The notes: generated by a model not told the origin, from the letters alone. A stretch of 53,747 nucleotides of DNA from a virus (IMGVR_UViG_3300028392_000082:1-53747); one strand, 5' to 3'. Positions 6,782 through 16,234 are shown, counted from the first letter of the stretch. Made by a program: numbers and translations.

Positions 6782-6796
6782 ATACGTTTTTTATAT

Positions 6797-6820
6797 AAAA
6801 GGGCATTGCTGCCCTTTTTT
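6797..6820 (-). terminator. Intrinsic terminator
   Basis: AAAAGGGCA-GCAA-TGCCCTTTT hairpin just after ORF 6823-7074. Confidence 0.65.
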
Positions 6821-6822
6821 GT

Positions 6823-7074
6823 TTAAGATTCTTTTTCTTCAGCTGGAGCTTTCTTTGTAAATTTATCCAAAGTATCCGCACCCATACCAATACCAGTAAT
6901 AATCATTACTGCGTTTACCAATTCAGCAGCCGGTTTGAAGTGCTCCTCTGTAAAAGAGTTTGCCAACATTGTACCGCAAAGAAACAAAGCGCCAATAAAT
7001 GCAATTACAGGTTTAACTGATATTGTGCCTCTTTCGTCTTTGAAAATGTCAATTAGCCATTCTTTGAAAGTCAT
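6823..7074 (-). CDS. Two-TM membrane protein (holin-like)
   Basis: Two TM helices and a charged C-terminus. Confidence 0.55.
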   Translation of the reverse strand: MTFKEWLIDIFKDERGTISVKPVIAFIGALFLCGTMLANSFTEEHFKPAAELVNAVMIITGIGMGADTLDKFTKKAPAEEKES

Positions 7075-7081
7075 AATAATT

Positions 7082-7183
7082 TTATTTTATTTTGTTATTT
7101 AATCCGTCCTTGTAACCTTTAACACACAACAAAACTATTATCAAAACAAAAACTATAACCGTTACTATTTGGTATGCTACCAT
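7082..7183 (-). CDS. 33-aa single-TM peptide
   Basis: Manual translation MVAYQIVTVIVFVLIIVLLCVKGYKDGLNNKIK. Confidence 0.5.
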   Translation of the reverse strand: MVAYQIVTVIVFVLIIVLLCVKGYKDGLNNKIK

Positions 7184-7515
7184 TTAGGATCTTCTTTTTT
7201 AAATTCGTCTCCCTCTTTTTTCTTAACCGGAGCTGCTGGTTTGGAGTCTGTAGATTTTTCTTTAATGATTATAGTCTTACCACTCGCAGCTTGTTGTTGC
7301 TGAGGAATGTTAATATTGATTGATTGAGGTTGAACTTGTTTGTTTTCACCTTCTTTCGGTTTTTGCATATAAGTTAATAAAAATGCTCCGCCTGCAGTTA
7401 CCAATGTGCCGACTGTACCCAAGATGGTCTTCTTTAAACCACTCATTGTACCGTCGTTCATTTTTTCTATTTTGGCCATTGGATCTTTCTCTGCTGTTTG
7501 TTTTGCTTTTGCCAT
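7177..7515 (-). CDS. Membrane-anchored hypothetical protein
   Basis: One TM segment; Gln/Lys-rich tail. Confidence 0.7.
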   Translation of the reverse strand: MAKAKQTAEKDPMAKIEKMNDGTMSGLKKTILGTVGTLVTAGGAFLLTYMQKPKEGENKQVQPQSININIPQQQQAASGKTIIIKEKSTDSKPAAPVKKKEGDEFKKEDPKW

Positions 7516-7521
7516 ATTAAG

Positions 7522-7878
7522 TTATTTTATAATTAGTGGATACTTTGTTTCTTTTCCGCTTATATCTATAAATATCAAATCGTAGTCCTTTTTAGACAAC
7601 GTTGAAAGATCGTAGACTTTCTTCGTGGTGATATCAGTTGCTGTGAATCCGTCCTTCTTTACAGGTTCGTCTTTTCCAAAAGGAACGATCTGAACCGAGT
7701 ACTTTGCTCCTACGGTAGTTTCGAACTCTGCAGTTACTACGTTTCCCGCTTGGTATATTGATTTGATTGATGTAGAATTTGATTTTACTCCCAAATCAAT
7801 TGGAGCTGGACTTGGTACTGGAGCAATTTTGGTACACGCAGCCAAAAACAAAACAGATATTAATGTTAGTTTTTTCAT
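7522..7878 (-). CDS. Lipoprotein with Ig-like beta domain
   Basis: Lipobox LAAC; beta-rich sequence. Confidence 0.7.
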   Translation of the reverse strand: MKKLTLISVLFLAACTKIAPVPSPAPIDLGVKSNSTSIKSIYQAGNVVTAEFETTVGAKYSVQIVPFGKDEPVKKDGFTATDITTKKVYDLSTLSKKDYDLIFIDISGKETKYPLIIK

Positions 7879-7879
7879 G

Positions 7880-10009
7880 TTAAAAGTTATTGTAGCCTGT
7901 TAATTTAATGTTAGTCATATTCAAAACTACGCCCAATTGATTTCCTTTATTATCGCTAGCATCCATTGTTTGAGATACTTTTAAAGCGGTGATAATATTT
8001 ACCCCATCCCCAATTGTTGAGAACTTTAATTTGAAAGGAGTTGAAACGCCTTTGATAGAGGTGGAGTTGTTTTGATCCAATGCTCCAAATTTAACTACGC
8101 CGTTTTTAGAGTTTGCAAAAACATACCATGAATTAGGAAGTGTAGATGCTAATTCTTCGAACTTAATTTTATTAGGATCGTATACAAACTCTAATTGTAA
8201 ACCTCCCACGCTATTGCCTTTAGTATCAATGTTAACCGGTATTTCAATTACGTTTGATGTTACTGTTTGATTAGAAAGGTTTACGTCTATTGAAGTGTAA
8301 GCAAAGTCAGTGTTAATATAAGGTCCTGTGCTTGCCATCGACATTTTTTGAGTCGATTCATTAAACGCTACATTCATTTGTAAACTTGGAATAGCGTTTG
8401 TTTGAACTGTACTTGAACCATTTGAAACTGTTACCACTTGAGATGAGTGAGATCTATTAACGTCTCCCCATAAAAGATACTTTAAATCCAATATTGCGTT
8501 TGCGCCTGCTGTGCCGGTTTTAAAATAAGTCTTAGGATAAGTGATGCTATTCCAGTTTGAGGTTGTAATAGCTCCCCAAGAATTGTTAACAGACGTATTG
8601 AATTCGAACTCTGCTCTAAAATTATAATCAGTGGTGTTCTGTCTTATATAAGCAGCGTATGTTGAAGTTCCGTCTGTCGCTTTAGCAAACGATGAAGGCA
8701 CTTTATATAAAGCCCAAGCTGCATCTTCGCTTACGTACTCAACTGGTCCAGTATAAACATCGAATAACTGAATACTTTTAATTTGACTTGGAGTAGTTCC
8801 GGTTGGGAATTTTCTCATGTCAATACGTAAAGCACTAACTCCTGCAGAATAACTGTTTGGAGAAACATATGCCCATTCTACTTGACCCCATACAGTAGTA
8901 GCGTCTGCTGCTCTCCAAGTTGGTAAACTCATCCATCCACCACTACCGGCTGTGTACGTTGAAGGCAAAGTCATTAAGGTATCTTTTCCTGCAACTTGAC
9001 CTAACAGTCTAGGTAAATCTCCTCCGTCTATTGCTTTATTTCTATTAATATCCGCTGCGTATAACGATTGACCTGTATTTAAGTTAATGCCTTTTGTAGG
9101 TGTAAGACCCATAGAAGTAAATTCTCCTTGAGCTGTAGTAAAATCTGATATGGTTATGGCGCTGTTATATATGTCGTATATTTTATCCATATCGTGCATC
9201 AAACTCACATCGTATACTGTGTTAGCCTTCAATAAAGCTTGATTAACGTCTACGCTTCCATCTGCTAATACTGGAAATAACTGACCTTGATTTGTAGCAG
9301 TATCTCTAAATGAAACTTTCAAAGCAGAAAGATTGTATAAGTTAGAGTTCAAATCAACTTTAGCCGATACGTACTTACCAAAGTTTTGATTCATTGTAAC
9401 TGCTGTTGATGTAGGAGATTCCATTATAGTAGCCTCTTGAGCTCCAGCGGCATTCCAACCTGCAACAAAGTTTAATTTAATTGGATTAAATGTATATGCA
9501 GTAGAAGCGGCTTTTAGTCTGAATACGAATACGATTAACCTATCGTAGCTTGCATACGGCATTGCGTTTGCAGTGGACCACGTTAATGTTGTTCTTAAAA
9601 TAGCATTTTGGCCTCCAACTCCGTTGTAAGTATAACTAGAATACTGGTAGTTAGCTGTACCATTAGAGGTATTGTTAGCGCTATTACCAGAAGTTACAGA
9701 GTTCCAAGTGTAATTAGTATAATTGTAGTAAGACAGGTTAATTGTAGATCCTGATGGTAGTATTCCACCATTTCCGCCTGTTCCTGTATGGTTAACTGAT
9801 ACTAATTCAAAATTGGTTTGATCGTATTGCATATCAACCAATATTTGACGAGTCGTGTTATTACTATTACCGTTAGCTTGAACGATGTACTCGAATGTAC
9901 CACCTCTATCAAGAGTGGCTCCACCTACAGAAGGCAGCGCTCTAAATTTGATTTGAGCAAAAGAGGAAAGGGATATCATCATCCCTAAAAACAATAAGAT
10001 TTTTTTCAT
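7880..10009 (-). CDS. Secreted protein with cohesin-like domains and dockerin-like Ca-binding repeats
   Basis: Signal peptide; ADINRNKAIDGGDL and WGDVNRS dockerin-type loops; IEIPVNID...GGLQLEFVYDPNKIKF cohesin signature; N-terminal DMQYDQTNFELV cohesin-like segment. Confidence 0.7.
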   Translation of the reverse strand: MKKILLFLGMMISLSSFAQIKFRALPSVGGATLDRGGTFEYIVQANGNSNNTTRQILVDMQYDQTNFELVSVNHTGTGGNGGILPSGSTINLSYYNYTNYTWNSVTSGNSANNTSNGTANYQYSSYTYNGVGGQNAILRTTLTWSTANAMPYASYDRLIVFVFRLKAASTAYTFNPIKLNFVAGWNAAGAQEATIMESPTSTAVTMNQNFGKYVSAKVDLNSNLYNLSALKVSFRDTATNQGQLFPVLADGSVDVNQALLKANTVYDVSLMHDMDKIYDIYNSAITISDFTTAQGEFTSMGLTPTKGINLNTGQSLYAADINRNKAIDGGDLPRLLGQVAGKDTLMTLPSTYTAGSGGWMSLPTWRAADATTVWGQVEWAYVSPNSYSAGVSALRIDMRKFPTGTTPSQIKSIQLFDVYTGPVEYVSEDAAWALYKVPSSFAKATDGTSTYAAYIRQNTTDYNFRAEFEFNTSVNNSWGAITTSNWNSITYPKTYFKTGTAGANAILDLKYLLWGDVNRSHSSQVVTVSNGSSTVQTNAIPSLQMNVAFNESTQKMSMASTGPYINTDFAYTSIDVNLSNQTVTSNVIEIPVNIDTKGNSVGGLQLEFVYDPNKIKFEELASTLPNSWYVFANSKNGVVKFGALDQNNSTSIKGVSTPFKLKFSTIGDGVNIITALKVSQTMDASDNKGNQLGVVLNMTNIKLTGYNNF

Positions 10010-10012
10010 AGT

Positions 10013-10498
10013 TTAAAGTAGTTTATTCACAACCTGAACGCATGTCTTTTTTAGCGCGTTCCTCATAACGGTTGAGTTAAACTCTCCATTCTCTGAAATC
10101 AATAATGTTGATGTAGATATTTCAGAAGACTCGTCGGTTACCAACTCCTTTTTAACAACTTTACCTGATTTGTCTATTAACTTACCAAGCATTCTAATAA
10201 CTACTGCATTTTCGGCCTTGTGAAAAATAGATATATTGGTAGCAGTTTTCTGCTGGTCCATATACACGATCTCCACGTCGACAAAAAGATCAGCATCTTC
10301 TTTGTTAACTAATGAATAACCTTTGTCCTGTAAAACCTCTTGAATTATATTTTTGACACCGAAAGTCAGGTTTTGATTTCCTGTCATTGGGCCCATTCTA
10401 ACGCTATTTCTAACTGTGTTTACCGAAACCTTTGATTTTGCCTCTTGAGATAAAACAAAAAGAGGACACAATAATAGCAGTAGTAGTGTATATCGCAT
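10013..10498 (-). CDS. Secreted alpha/beta protein (CsgG/LptE-like fold)
   Basis: Signal peptide; helix-strand pattern ending ALKKTCVQVVNKLL resembles 5252-5998. Confidence 0.55.
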   Translation of the reverse strand: MRYTLLLLLLCPLFVLSQEAKSKVSVNTVRNSVRMGPMTGNQNLTFGVKNIIQEVLQDKGYSLVNKEDADLFVDVEIVYMDQQKTATNISIFHKAENAVVIRMLGKLIDKSGKVVKKELVTDESSEISTSTLLISENGEFNSTVMRNALKKTCVQVVNKLL

Positions 10499-10499
10499 A

Positions 10500-10547
10500 A
10501 AATGGCTTTAAAGCGAAACTGCTTCAAAACCATTTGTAGATAAATAT
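10500..10547 (-). promoter_or_regulatory. ATATTTAT promoter plus 15-bp leader hairpin abutting the start codon
   Basis: AAAUGGUUUUGAAGC/GCUUUAAAGCCAUUU with 2 G-U pairs specific to the minus strand; motif at 10540-10547. Confidence 0.6.
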
Positions 10548-10553
10548 GTGGTG

Positions 10554-10814
10554 TTAGCCTATTGTTCTAAGTAATTGAGACAATTGTCCCTTTGGCATGG
10601 GTCCTGTATGGCGATATAACGCTTTACCCATTTGATCTGCTATAACGATGGTAGGCACAGAAGTAACGCTATACATTTTGGCCAAAGCAGGATCTGCTTC
10701 TGCATCTACGTAGTTAACTTGAATGCCAAGCTCCTGTGAAACTTGTTGAACTACCGGTTTAAACGCTTTACAAGGTCCGCACCATGTAGTAGAGAAGTAT
10801 ATTATCTTTTTCAT
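10554..10814 (-). CDS. trxA: Thioredoxin
   Basis: WCGPC active site; SVPT cis-Pro motif. Confidence 0.92.
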   Translation of the reverse strand: MKKIIYFSTTWCGPCKAFKPVVQQVSQELGIQVNYVDAEADPALAKMYSVTSVPTIVIADQMGKALYRHTGPMPKGQLSQLLRTIG

Positions 10815-10826
10815 ATTAATTGATTT

Positions 10827-11123
10827 TTAATTAGTTTTCCAAAACTGGTACCAACTCTTTTTTGATGTCTTTGGTTCTTCGAATGGATTGGTGTTATCGT
10901 GAATGTTTACAACGCTTCCGTATTTTACCATCATCATCCTCATGAATAGCAAATGATACTCTTTTGGTATCTTTTCAAAATCTGCAGATATGATAATATC
11001 CAAATCTTGGCCTTTGCTATCTCCTGTCAACAATCTCAACTTATCTCGCATCTCGACAGTATGGGTAGTTTTCATAGTTAGGTGCTGTCCATCGCCTATA
11101 TGAAATTCTGCTTCTTTTTTCAT
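10827..11123 (-). CDS. Hypothetical protein
   Basis: 98 aa ORF; TATATTAG element at 11128-11135. Confidence 0.7.
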   Translation of the reverse strand: MKKEAEFHIGDGQHLTMKTTHTVEMRDKLRLLTGDSKGQDLDIIISADFEKIPKEYHLLFMRMMMVKYGSVVNIHDNTNPFEEPKTSKKSWYQFWKTN

Positions 11124-11153
11124 AGCACTAATATAACCTTTTTTCTGGAATTC

Positions 11154-11789
11154 TTAATGTTTAAATTTGAAGTGAGTTAGCTTCTTAACATCGTCTAGAG
11201 TGACTTTATGACTTTCCAATCCACTGGGCTTGTCTGTGGTGTTATTGAAAACGAAAGCCATGTACTCTTTGGTCTTTTTGATATAGATCACCTTCCAACA
11301 AATTGTAGGAACAGATACTCTACCAATTTTTTTGGCTTCTCCTATATTTCCTGCCCATACGTGAATGCTATCTTGTTCTAGAGCCAAAGTTCTTGTTAAT
11401 GTTTCAAGCGTCTTCCAATCTCCAGCGTTTAGACTGTGATACTGCGGTGACATATTAGTAAAGTAGAAACATTCTGTTTGTACCTCTGCTCCTGAACATA
11501 AGTTATCAGCTGCAGGACTCATATGGCCGCGATCTGTCCCTGATCCAATATAATCTTTCGCTATATCTGACTCTTCTTTGATTTGAGGATCTGGTGCGAA
11601 TTGATCTTTTCTTGCTAATGGTGTAGGGCATCCAATTTTTGCTTTGGTTGCGTACCACTCTACTAATACAGGATACTTCTTTGATTTTGAATAAACTGTT
11701 GTGTACTCCTTGTGGTGTATTCTAACTGTGTCTTGGGCGTTTACTGCTAATGCGAATAGTAAACAGATAAAAAATATGGCTTGTTTCAT
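11154..11789 (-). CDS. Secreted DNA/RNA non-specific endonuclease (NucA/EndoG family)
   Basis: Signal peptide; DRGH motif; TNMSPQ...LNAGDWKTLE. Confidence 0.92.
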   Translation of the reverse strand: MKQAIFFICLLFALAVNAQDTVRIHHKEYTTVYSKSKKYPVLVEWYATKAKIGCPTPLARKDQFAPDPQIKEESDIAKDYIGSGTDRGHMSPAADNLCSGAEVQTECFYFTNMSPQYHSLNAGDWKTLETLTRTLALEQDSIHVWAGNIGEAKKIGRVSVPTICWKVIYIKKTKEYMAFVFNNTTDKPSGLESHKVTLDDVKKLTHFKFKH

Positions 11790-12505
11790 GTATATAAATA
11801 TACACGGCCGCTATCTTCTACGCATATAGCGGTCATGTTTTCAACCCAGTCCCCGCTGTTTAAATAACGCTTACCGTTTATCATTCTGTCTTCAGGTTGG
11901 TGTATATGTCCACACATTACTCCGTGACAGCCTTTCTTGGCGGCCATGGATAGCGCTGTAACTTCAAAATCGTTAACGTAATTGGTTGCAGCTTTTACTC
12001 CGCTCTTTATCTTTTGTGAAATTGATTGATAGGGCAGTTTTCTCCAAACTCTATATTTGTTGTACCATCTATTTAACCACAAAGCAAAATCGTATCCTAC
12101 AGCTCCTATCTTAGAAAGCCACTTGTACTTTGTTATAAAAATATCAATAATGTCTCCGTGGAAAACATAGTAGCTCTCCATAGTGTTACGTACATTGAGA
12201 ACATAGTCTTCTCTAATTTCGATTCCTCCAAAATGGTTTCCCATAAATTCGTGTAAGAATTCATCATGATTTCCTCTGATCCAAACGATCTGTGTTTTGT
12301 TAGATAATTTTAATAACTTAGATATTACTTTTGTGTGTTGTTTTTTCCACTTAGCGCCTCTATTCAAAGCCCAACCGTCAATGATATCTCCATTAAGAAT
12401 TAGTAGATCTGTTGGATGCTTTTCTAAAAACTCCATGAACTCTTCGGCTTTAGAATCTTTAGTTCCTAAGTGTAAGTCTGATACAATGATTGCTTGATAC
12501 TTCAT
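11786..12505 (-). CDS. Metallophosphoesterase, LpxH-like UDP-2,3-diacylglucosamine hydrolase family
   Basis: SDLHLG, GDIID, GNHD, HGD, GHIH and NSGDW motifs. Confidence 0.85.
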   Translation of the reverse strand: MKYQAIIVSDLHLGTKDSKAEEFMEFLEKHPTDLLILNGDIIDGWALNRGAKWKKQHTKVISKLLKLSNKTQIVWIRGNHDEFLHEFMGNHFGGIEIREDYVLNVRNTMESYYVFHGDIIDIFITKYKWLSKIGAVGYDFALWLNRWYNKYRVWRKLPYQSISQKIKSGVKAATNYVNDFEVTALSMAAKKGCHGVMCGHIHQPEDRMINGKRYLNSGDWVENMTAICVEDSGRVYLYT

Positions 12506-13206
12506 GACCAGTAGTTGTGGTGTTGTTTAAAGAATTCTGGATTGTTTCTATTCACATAACACTTGATCATTAACCAAAACATGTAGAATACTCCCTTATT
12601 TTTAAACCTTCTAGCCGAAGTATAGACGCCTTCTGTTTTGTGTATTTTGAATTTTTTAGAATCTACTAAATGGGATACAGAGTAGTCTTCAGCAAACAGC
12701 TCTTCTGCTTTGTATCCTCCACATTCCCAATAGGCTTTTGTATTCCAATATTGAAATCCACCAACAGCGAAAGGCGTTCCAAGCTTAATACTTAGAAGCT
12801 GAAATAAATCGAATAGCCTAAAAATCCAATTCCATTTTTTTTCTGTAACGAATGGAACTGTAATTAAATGCTTATTTTCTTTGCATATTTTTTCTAGCAG
12901 ATCTTTCTCTTTAAGCATTATGTCGGAGTCTAAAAATAGAATATATGGAGTGGTAACTAATTTACTGCCCTCTAATCTCGCTTTTGCTGGATATCCGCCT
13001 TTTATGATTTCTATATTTACAGAGTATTTAAAATCCATTTCTGTTCTCCATAACCACCACATGGATTCCTCTTCGTCTGAATTATCCGCTATTATGATTC
13101 TCGTTGAGTCGATATTTTTTTGCATACATATCAAACCTAAGCAATCGTAAATGTTTATTCCTTCATTTTTACAAGGAATAACAATGGTCAATATATCTTT
13201 TAGCAT
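12502..13206 (-). CDS. Family 2 glycosyltransferase
   Basis: IVIPCKNE, IIIAD, FLDSD (DxD), AED and SARRF motifs. Confidence 0.88.
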   Translation of the reverse strand: MLKDILTIVIPCKNEGINIYDCLGLICMQKNIDSTRIIIADNSDEEESMWWLWRTEMDFKYSVNIEIIKGGYPAKARLEGSKLVTTPYILFLDSDIMLKEKDLLEKICKENKHLITVPFVTEKKWNWIFRLFDLFQLLSIKLGTPFAVGGFQYWNTKAYWECGGYKAEELFAEDYSVSHLVDSKKFKIHKTEGVYTSARRFKNKGVFYMFWLMIKCYVNRNNPEFFKQHHNYWS

Positions 13207-13264
13207 ACCAATAAATAAAAAACCCCTATAAAACTAGAAGGTTTCAATGTTATCTAATTATTAA

Positions 13265-13525
13265 CTACTCGGTTTCTTTTTCGTAGAAGTTTTTTACTTG
13301 CTCGTAGCACTTTGCATTGTTATCTTTTAAATACTCCAAAGTTAATTCGTATCTTCCGTTTGCAGTTTGAGATTGGAACAATTCGTCCGTTAAACTATCG
13401 ACTAATTTGTCTTGTTTTACCGCTACAGTTTTTAGCTCTGTAATTTTTTCGTTCTGAGTATACATTGTGTATAAAAATAACGCAACACTAAATGTTGTTA
13501 AAAATGGTTTGATGTACTGTTTCAT
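13265..13525 (-). CDS. Membrane-anchored coiled-coil protein
   Basis: Start moved to MKQYIK; TM segment plus coiled coil. Confidence 0.65.
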   Translation of the reverse strand: MKQYIKPFLTTFSVALFLYTMYTQNEKITELKTVAVKQDKLVDSLTDELFQSQTANGRYELTLEYLKDNNAKCYEQVKNFYEKETE

Positions 13526-13535
13526 ATTTTTTATT

Positions 13536-14072
13536 TTAATCCCACCAATTGCGAAGATCAGTTCCATCGAACTTTTCCCAAGTGGTAAATTTGTTTCCTT
13601 TAATAATGGTCCACAATTCTTTCCACTCCTTCGCTTCTAACTGATGTGCTTGCTTAAATACTTTTCTACCATGTTTCTTTTCTTCTGGTGTATCGTTGTC
13701 TATCAATTCGTAATTTCCACCTTCTAATTTTTTCCAGTTTTTTTCGTCTAAAAAATTTGTATAGTTTACTGGTCCCAACTCAGCTTCAACTCTTTCTAAG
13801 TAATCATCGTCCAATTTGTGTTTAATTAATTCTATTGCTCTACGTATTTGTTTTACTTTTACATTTCTAGTCTCTGCTACTTCCATGCCTTTCTTACTCA
13901 TGCCCTCTTCCATAATAACCAAAGAGCGATAAAGCATTTTTAAAGTAAAAGTGTAATCCCACCAATCGTGACTGTACAACTCTTTTCTAAATTTCCAAAT
14001 GTTCTTAAAAAAGGTTGGTATGCCTCTTGTAAGCACTTCTTTTGCTCTATATATTGTGTATTGTATGCTCAT
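13536..14072 (-). CDS. Hypothetical phage protein
   Basis: 178 aa ORF; Trp-rich, ends LRNWWD. Confidence 0.75.
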   Translation of the reverse strand: MSIQYTIYRAKEVLTRGIPTFFKNIWKFRKELYSHDWWDYTFTLKMLYRSLVIMEEGMSKKGMEVAETRNVKVKQIRRAIELIKHKLDDDYLERVEAELGPVNYTNFLDEKNWKKLEGGNYELIDNDTPEEKKHGRKVFKQAHQLEAKEWKELWTIIKGNKFTTWEKFDGTDLRNWWD

Positions 14073-14548
14073 ATTAATGATAAGTTTTTCATTCTGCGCT
14101 CTCTGGTCAGCTGCTTTACGTGAGTGTATAATTCTAAAGTAGTACCGTCAAAGTCTTCCATAATCAGCTCTAATTCATCACCAGATATACCGAAAGTGCC
14201 TTTAAAATCCCGCTTCATCTTTCTTAAGATTTCTTTCTCGTCTTTAGCATAATCGTCCATCAGTCTTTTCCATCTGGATCCGAATAAACTTCTGTGCTCT
14301 AATTGATCTTCGTAGAATCTTATGTCTTTGATTCTGTCTTGTAGAAGATAGTTTTCCATTTCTGCTTGATAGTAATAATCAGAGTGTTCGTAGTCACCGT
14401 TAACTATTTTATCGTATAGCGGAGATCTTTCTGGTAAAGTCTGTCTAGATTCGTAACGTCTCCACCACACAAACTGACTGTATCTTTTTGGAATCAACTT
14501 AGATAGTTGCTCTTCTAAAAACTCTCGTGCTAATTTTGTTGCTATCAT
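14069..14548 (-). CDS. Hypothetical phage protein
   Basis: 159 aa ORF; overlaps its neighbour by 4 nt. Confidence 0.75.
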   Translation of the reverse strand: MIATKLAREFLEEQLSKLIPKRYSQFVWWRRYESRQTLPERSPLYDKIVNGDYEHSDYYYQAEMENYLLQDRIKDIRFYEDQLEHRSLFGSRWKRLMDDYAKDEKEILRKMKRDFKGTFGISGDELELIMEDFDGTTLELYTHVKQLTRERRMKNLSLI

Positions 14549-14553
14549 AACTT

Positions 14554-15192
14554 TTATTTTAACATGTCATAATGTCTTGGATAGATGTGTAAGTTAGTTA
14601 CCATCCAATGCATTTCTCCTACTGAAATATCTAACTGAAACGCTACCATCTCCATAAGCTTGGCAAATGTGTACTGATCGTTACAGAAACCGAAAACTAA
14701 ATCGATAGATCTTGCGAATACTGTTAAATGTAGCTTATCGTCTTTTATATAGAAGTTAAGTACATCGTTACAAGGCGTATCGTATTTATATCTATCCAAT
14801 TCGTTTATATCGTAATGTACAACAATTGCTCGTCTTGTTTCTTTATTAGTTTTGAGTTCTTGTATTACTCTTGATAGTTGATAGTTCTTGTTCCAAAAGT
14901 AACCGTAGTTAGAGTTAACTTCTGTTGTGCCTTCTACCATCATCTGTTTCCATATCTTAGCACGTTCACCTATTTCGCTAGCATCACGATCTCCTTTAAG
15001 ATACCAATTCCATTCGTACTCAGCATAGTCTTCGTTGAACTTACGTTGAGGTGTGGTAACAGTTTTGTTACTTACATCTTGTAGTGTAAATGAAACGTTG
15101 AACTTAGCTTTAGTACCAGCGAATGATTCTCCGTTGGCGTTAATGTCGCTAAATAGTAATTCGAATGCGTCTGTGGCGTTTTTATATATCAT
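14554..15192 (-). CDS. Thymidylate synthase homolog with dCMP-type specificity residue (T4 gp42-like)
   Basis: TRRA, catalytic PC, RSIDLVFGFCND, NLHIY; Asp occupies the position of ThyA Asn177. Confidence 0.8.
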   Translation of the reverse strand: MIYKNATDAFELLFSDINANGESFAGTKAKFNVSFTLQDVSNKTVTTPQRKFNEDYAEYEWNWYLKGDRDASEIGERAKIWKQMMVEGTTEVNSNYGYFWNKNYQLSRVIQELKTNKETRRAIVVHYDINELDRYKYDTPCNDVLNFYIKDDKLHLTVFARSIDLVFGFCNDQYTFAKLMEMVAFQLDISVGEMHWMVTNLHIYPRHYDMLK

Positions 15193-15592
15193 ATTTTTCT
15201 ACTTCTATAAACTTTGATAAAAATTCAATTGGTTTTAAATCTCTGTAGCCTTCTAAATACACTACACGTTTAATACCTGATTGGATAATCAATTTACAAC
15301 AATTTTGACACGGGGATAAACTTAAGTATAGGGTGCTACCGTCTACTGCGTTACCGCTTTTGGCTGCTTTCAATATGGCATTCATTTCCGCATGGATAAC
15401 TTCTTCTTTGGTAACATTATTTTCTTCGCAACCATTGTCCATTCCAGCCGGTGTGCCATTATACCCAAAACTTATTACGTTACCGTCCTTCACCAACACT
15501 GCACCTACTTTTGATCTGGTGCAGTGCGATAAAGTTCCGACTTCTTTTGCGATGTTGATAAATGTCTTATCTAACTTCTTTTGTTTGTTCAC
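15182..15592 (-). CDS. dCMP deaminase (ComEB family)
   Basis: GYNG, HAEMNA and PCQNC motifs. Confidence 0.92.
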   Translation of the reverse strand: MNKQKKLDKTFINIAKEVGTLSHCTRSKVGAVLVKDGNVISFGYNGTPAGMDNGCEENNVTKEEVIHAEMNAILKAAKSGNAVDGSTLYLSLSPCQNCCKLIIQSGIKRVVYLEGYRDLKPIEFLSKFIEVEKYDI

Positions 15593-15593
15593 A

Positions 15594-15788
15594 TTACTTA
15601 TTTAGCGTTTTTGTCATATCTAAAGAAAAAAACCACCTCCACCATCCAAAATAAAATGCATAGTGGTATACGCCTTTTGGAAATATATCAAGATTTTTAT
15701 TTTTAAAAAACCTAATTATAAAGAAAGGCAAAATATCCCTTCTCATTTTTTTTGATCCTTTATTGAATTGAAATTCCCATTTATACAT
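15594..15788 (-). CDS. Small aromatic-rich hypothetical protein
   Basis: 64 aa ORF filling the gap. Confidence 0.45.
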   Translation of the reverse strand: MYKWEFQFNKGSKKMRRDILPFFIIRFFKNKNLDIFPKGVYHYAFYFGWWRWFFSLDMTKTLNK

Positions 15789-15805
15789 AACTATATTTTT
15801 TTGTT

Positions 15806-16234
15806 TTATAAACCTGTTGATCCGAATCCACCAGCTCCTCGCTCTGTGTTTCTGTCTGGTAACTCTTCTAATACGTGTACGTCCATATAACTTACAGGAA
15901 TCAAAACGAACTGAGTTAACTTTTGTCCTGGTTTAATAGTTGTATGAGATCTTCCTACGTTGATTAAATGCAGATGAATTTCTCCTTCGTAGTCTTCGTC
16001 AACTACGCAAGCTCCAACTGATAAATTTTGTTTTGTCGCAACTCCTGATTTGTTAAATGCGATTAGTGCATAACCTGATGGAACGTGAGCTCTGATACCT
16101 GAAGGAATTAAAACTGCTTCTCCGGTGTGGATAGTAGTTTCTTGAAAATCTTCTGGTACGTAGAAGTCTAAACCCGCTGAAAGGTTAGTTCCTCTACTTG
16201 GTGTTTTTACGTTTCTTGTCTTTTGAATGTTCAT
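15806..16234 (-). CDS. dut: Trimeric dUTPase family protein
   Basis: AGLDF, KSG, VVDEDYEGEI and RGAGGFGSTG motifs; start taken at MNIQK (in-frame upstream ATGs exist). Confidence 0.9.
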   Translation of the reverse strand: MNIQKTRNVKTPSRGTNLSAGLDFYVPEDFQETTIHTGEAVLIPSGIRAHVPSGYALIAFNKSGVATKQNLSVGACVVDEDYEGEIHLHLINVGRSHTTIKPGQKLTQFVLIPVSYMDVHVLEELPDRNTERGAGGFGSTGL

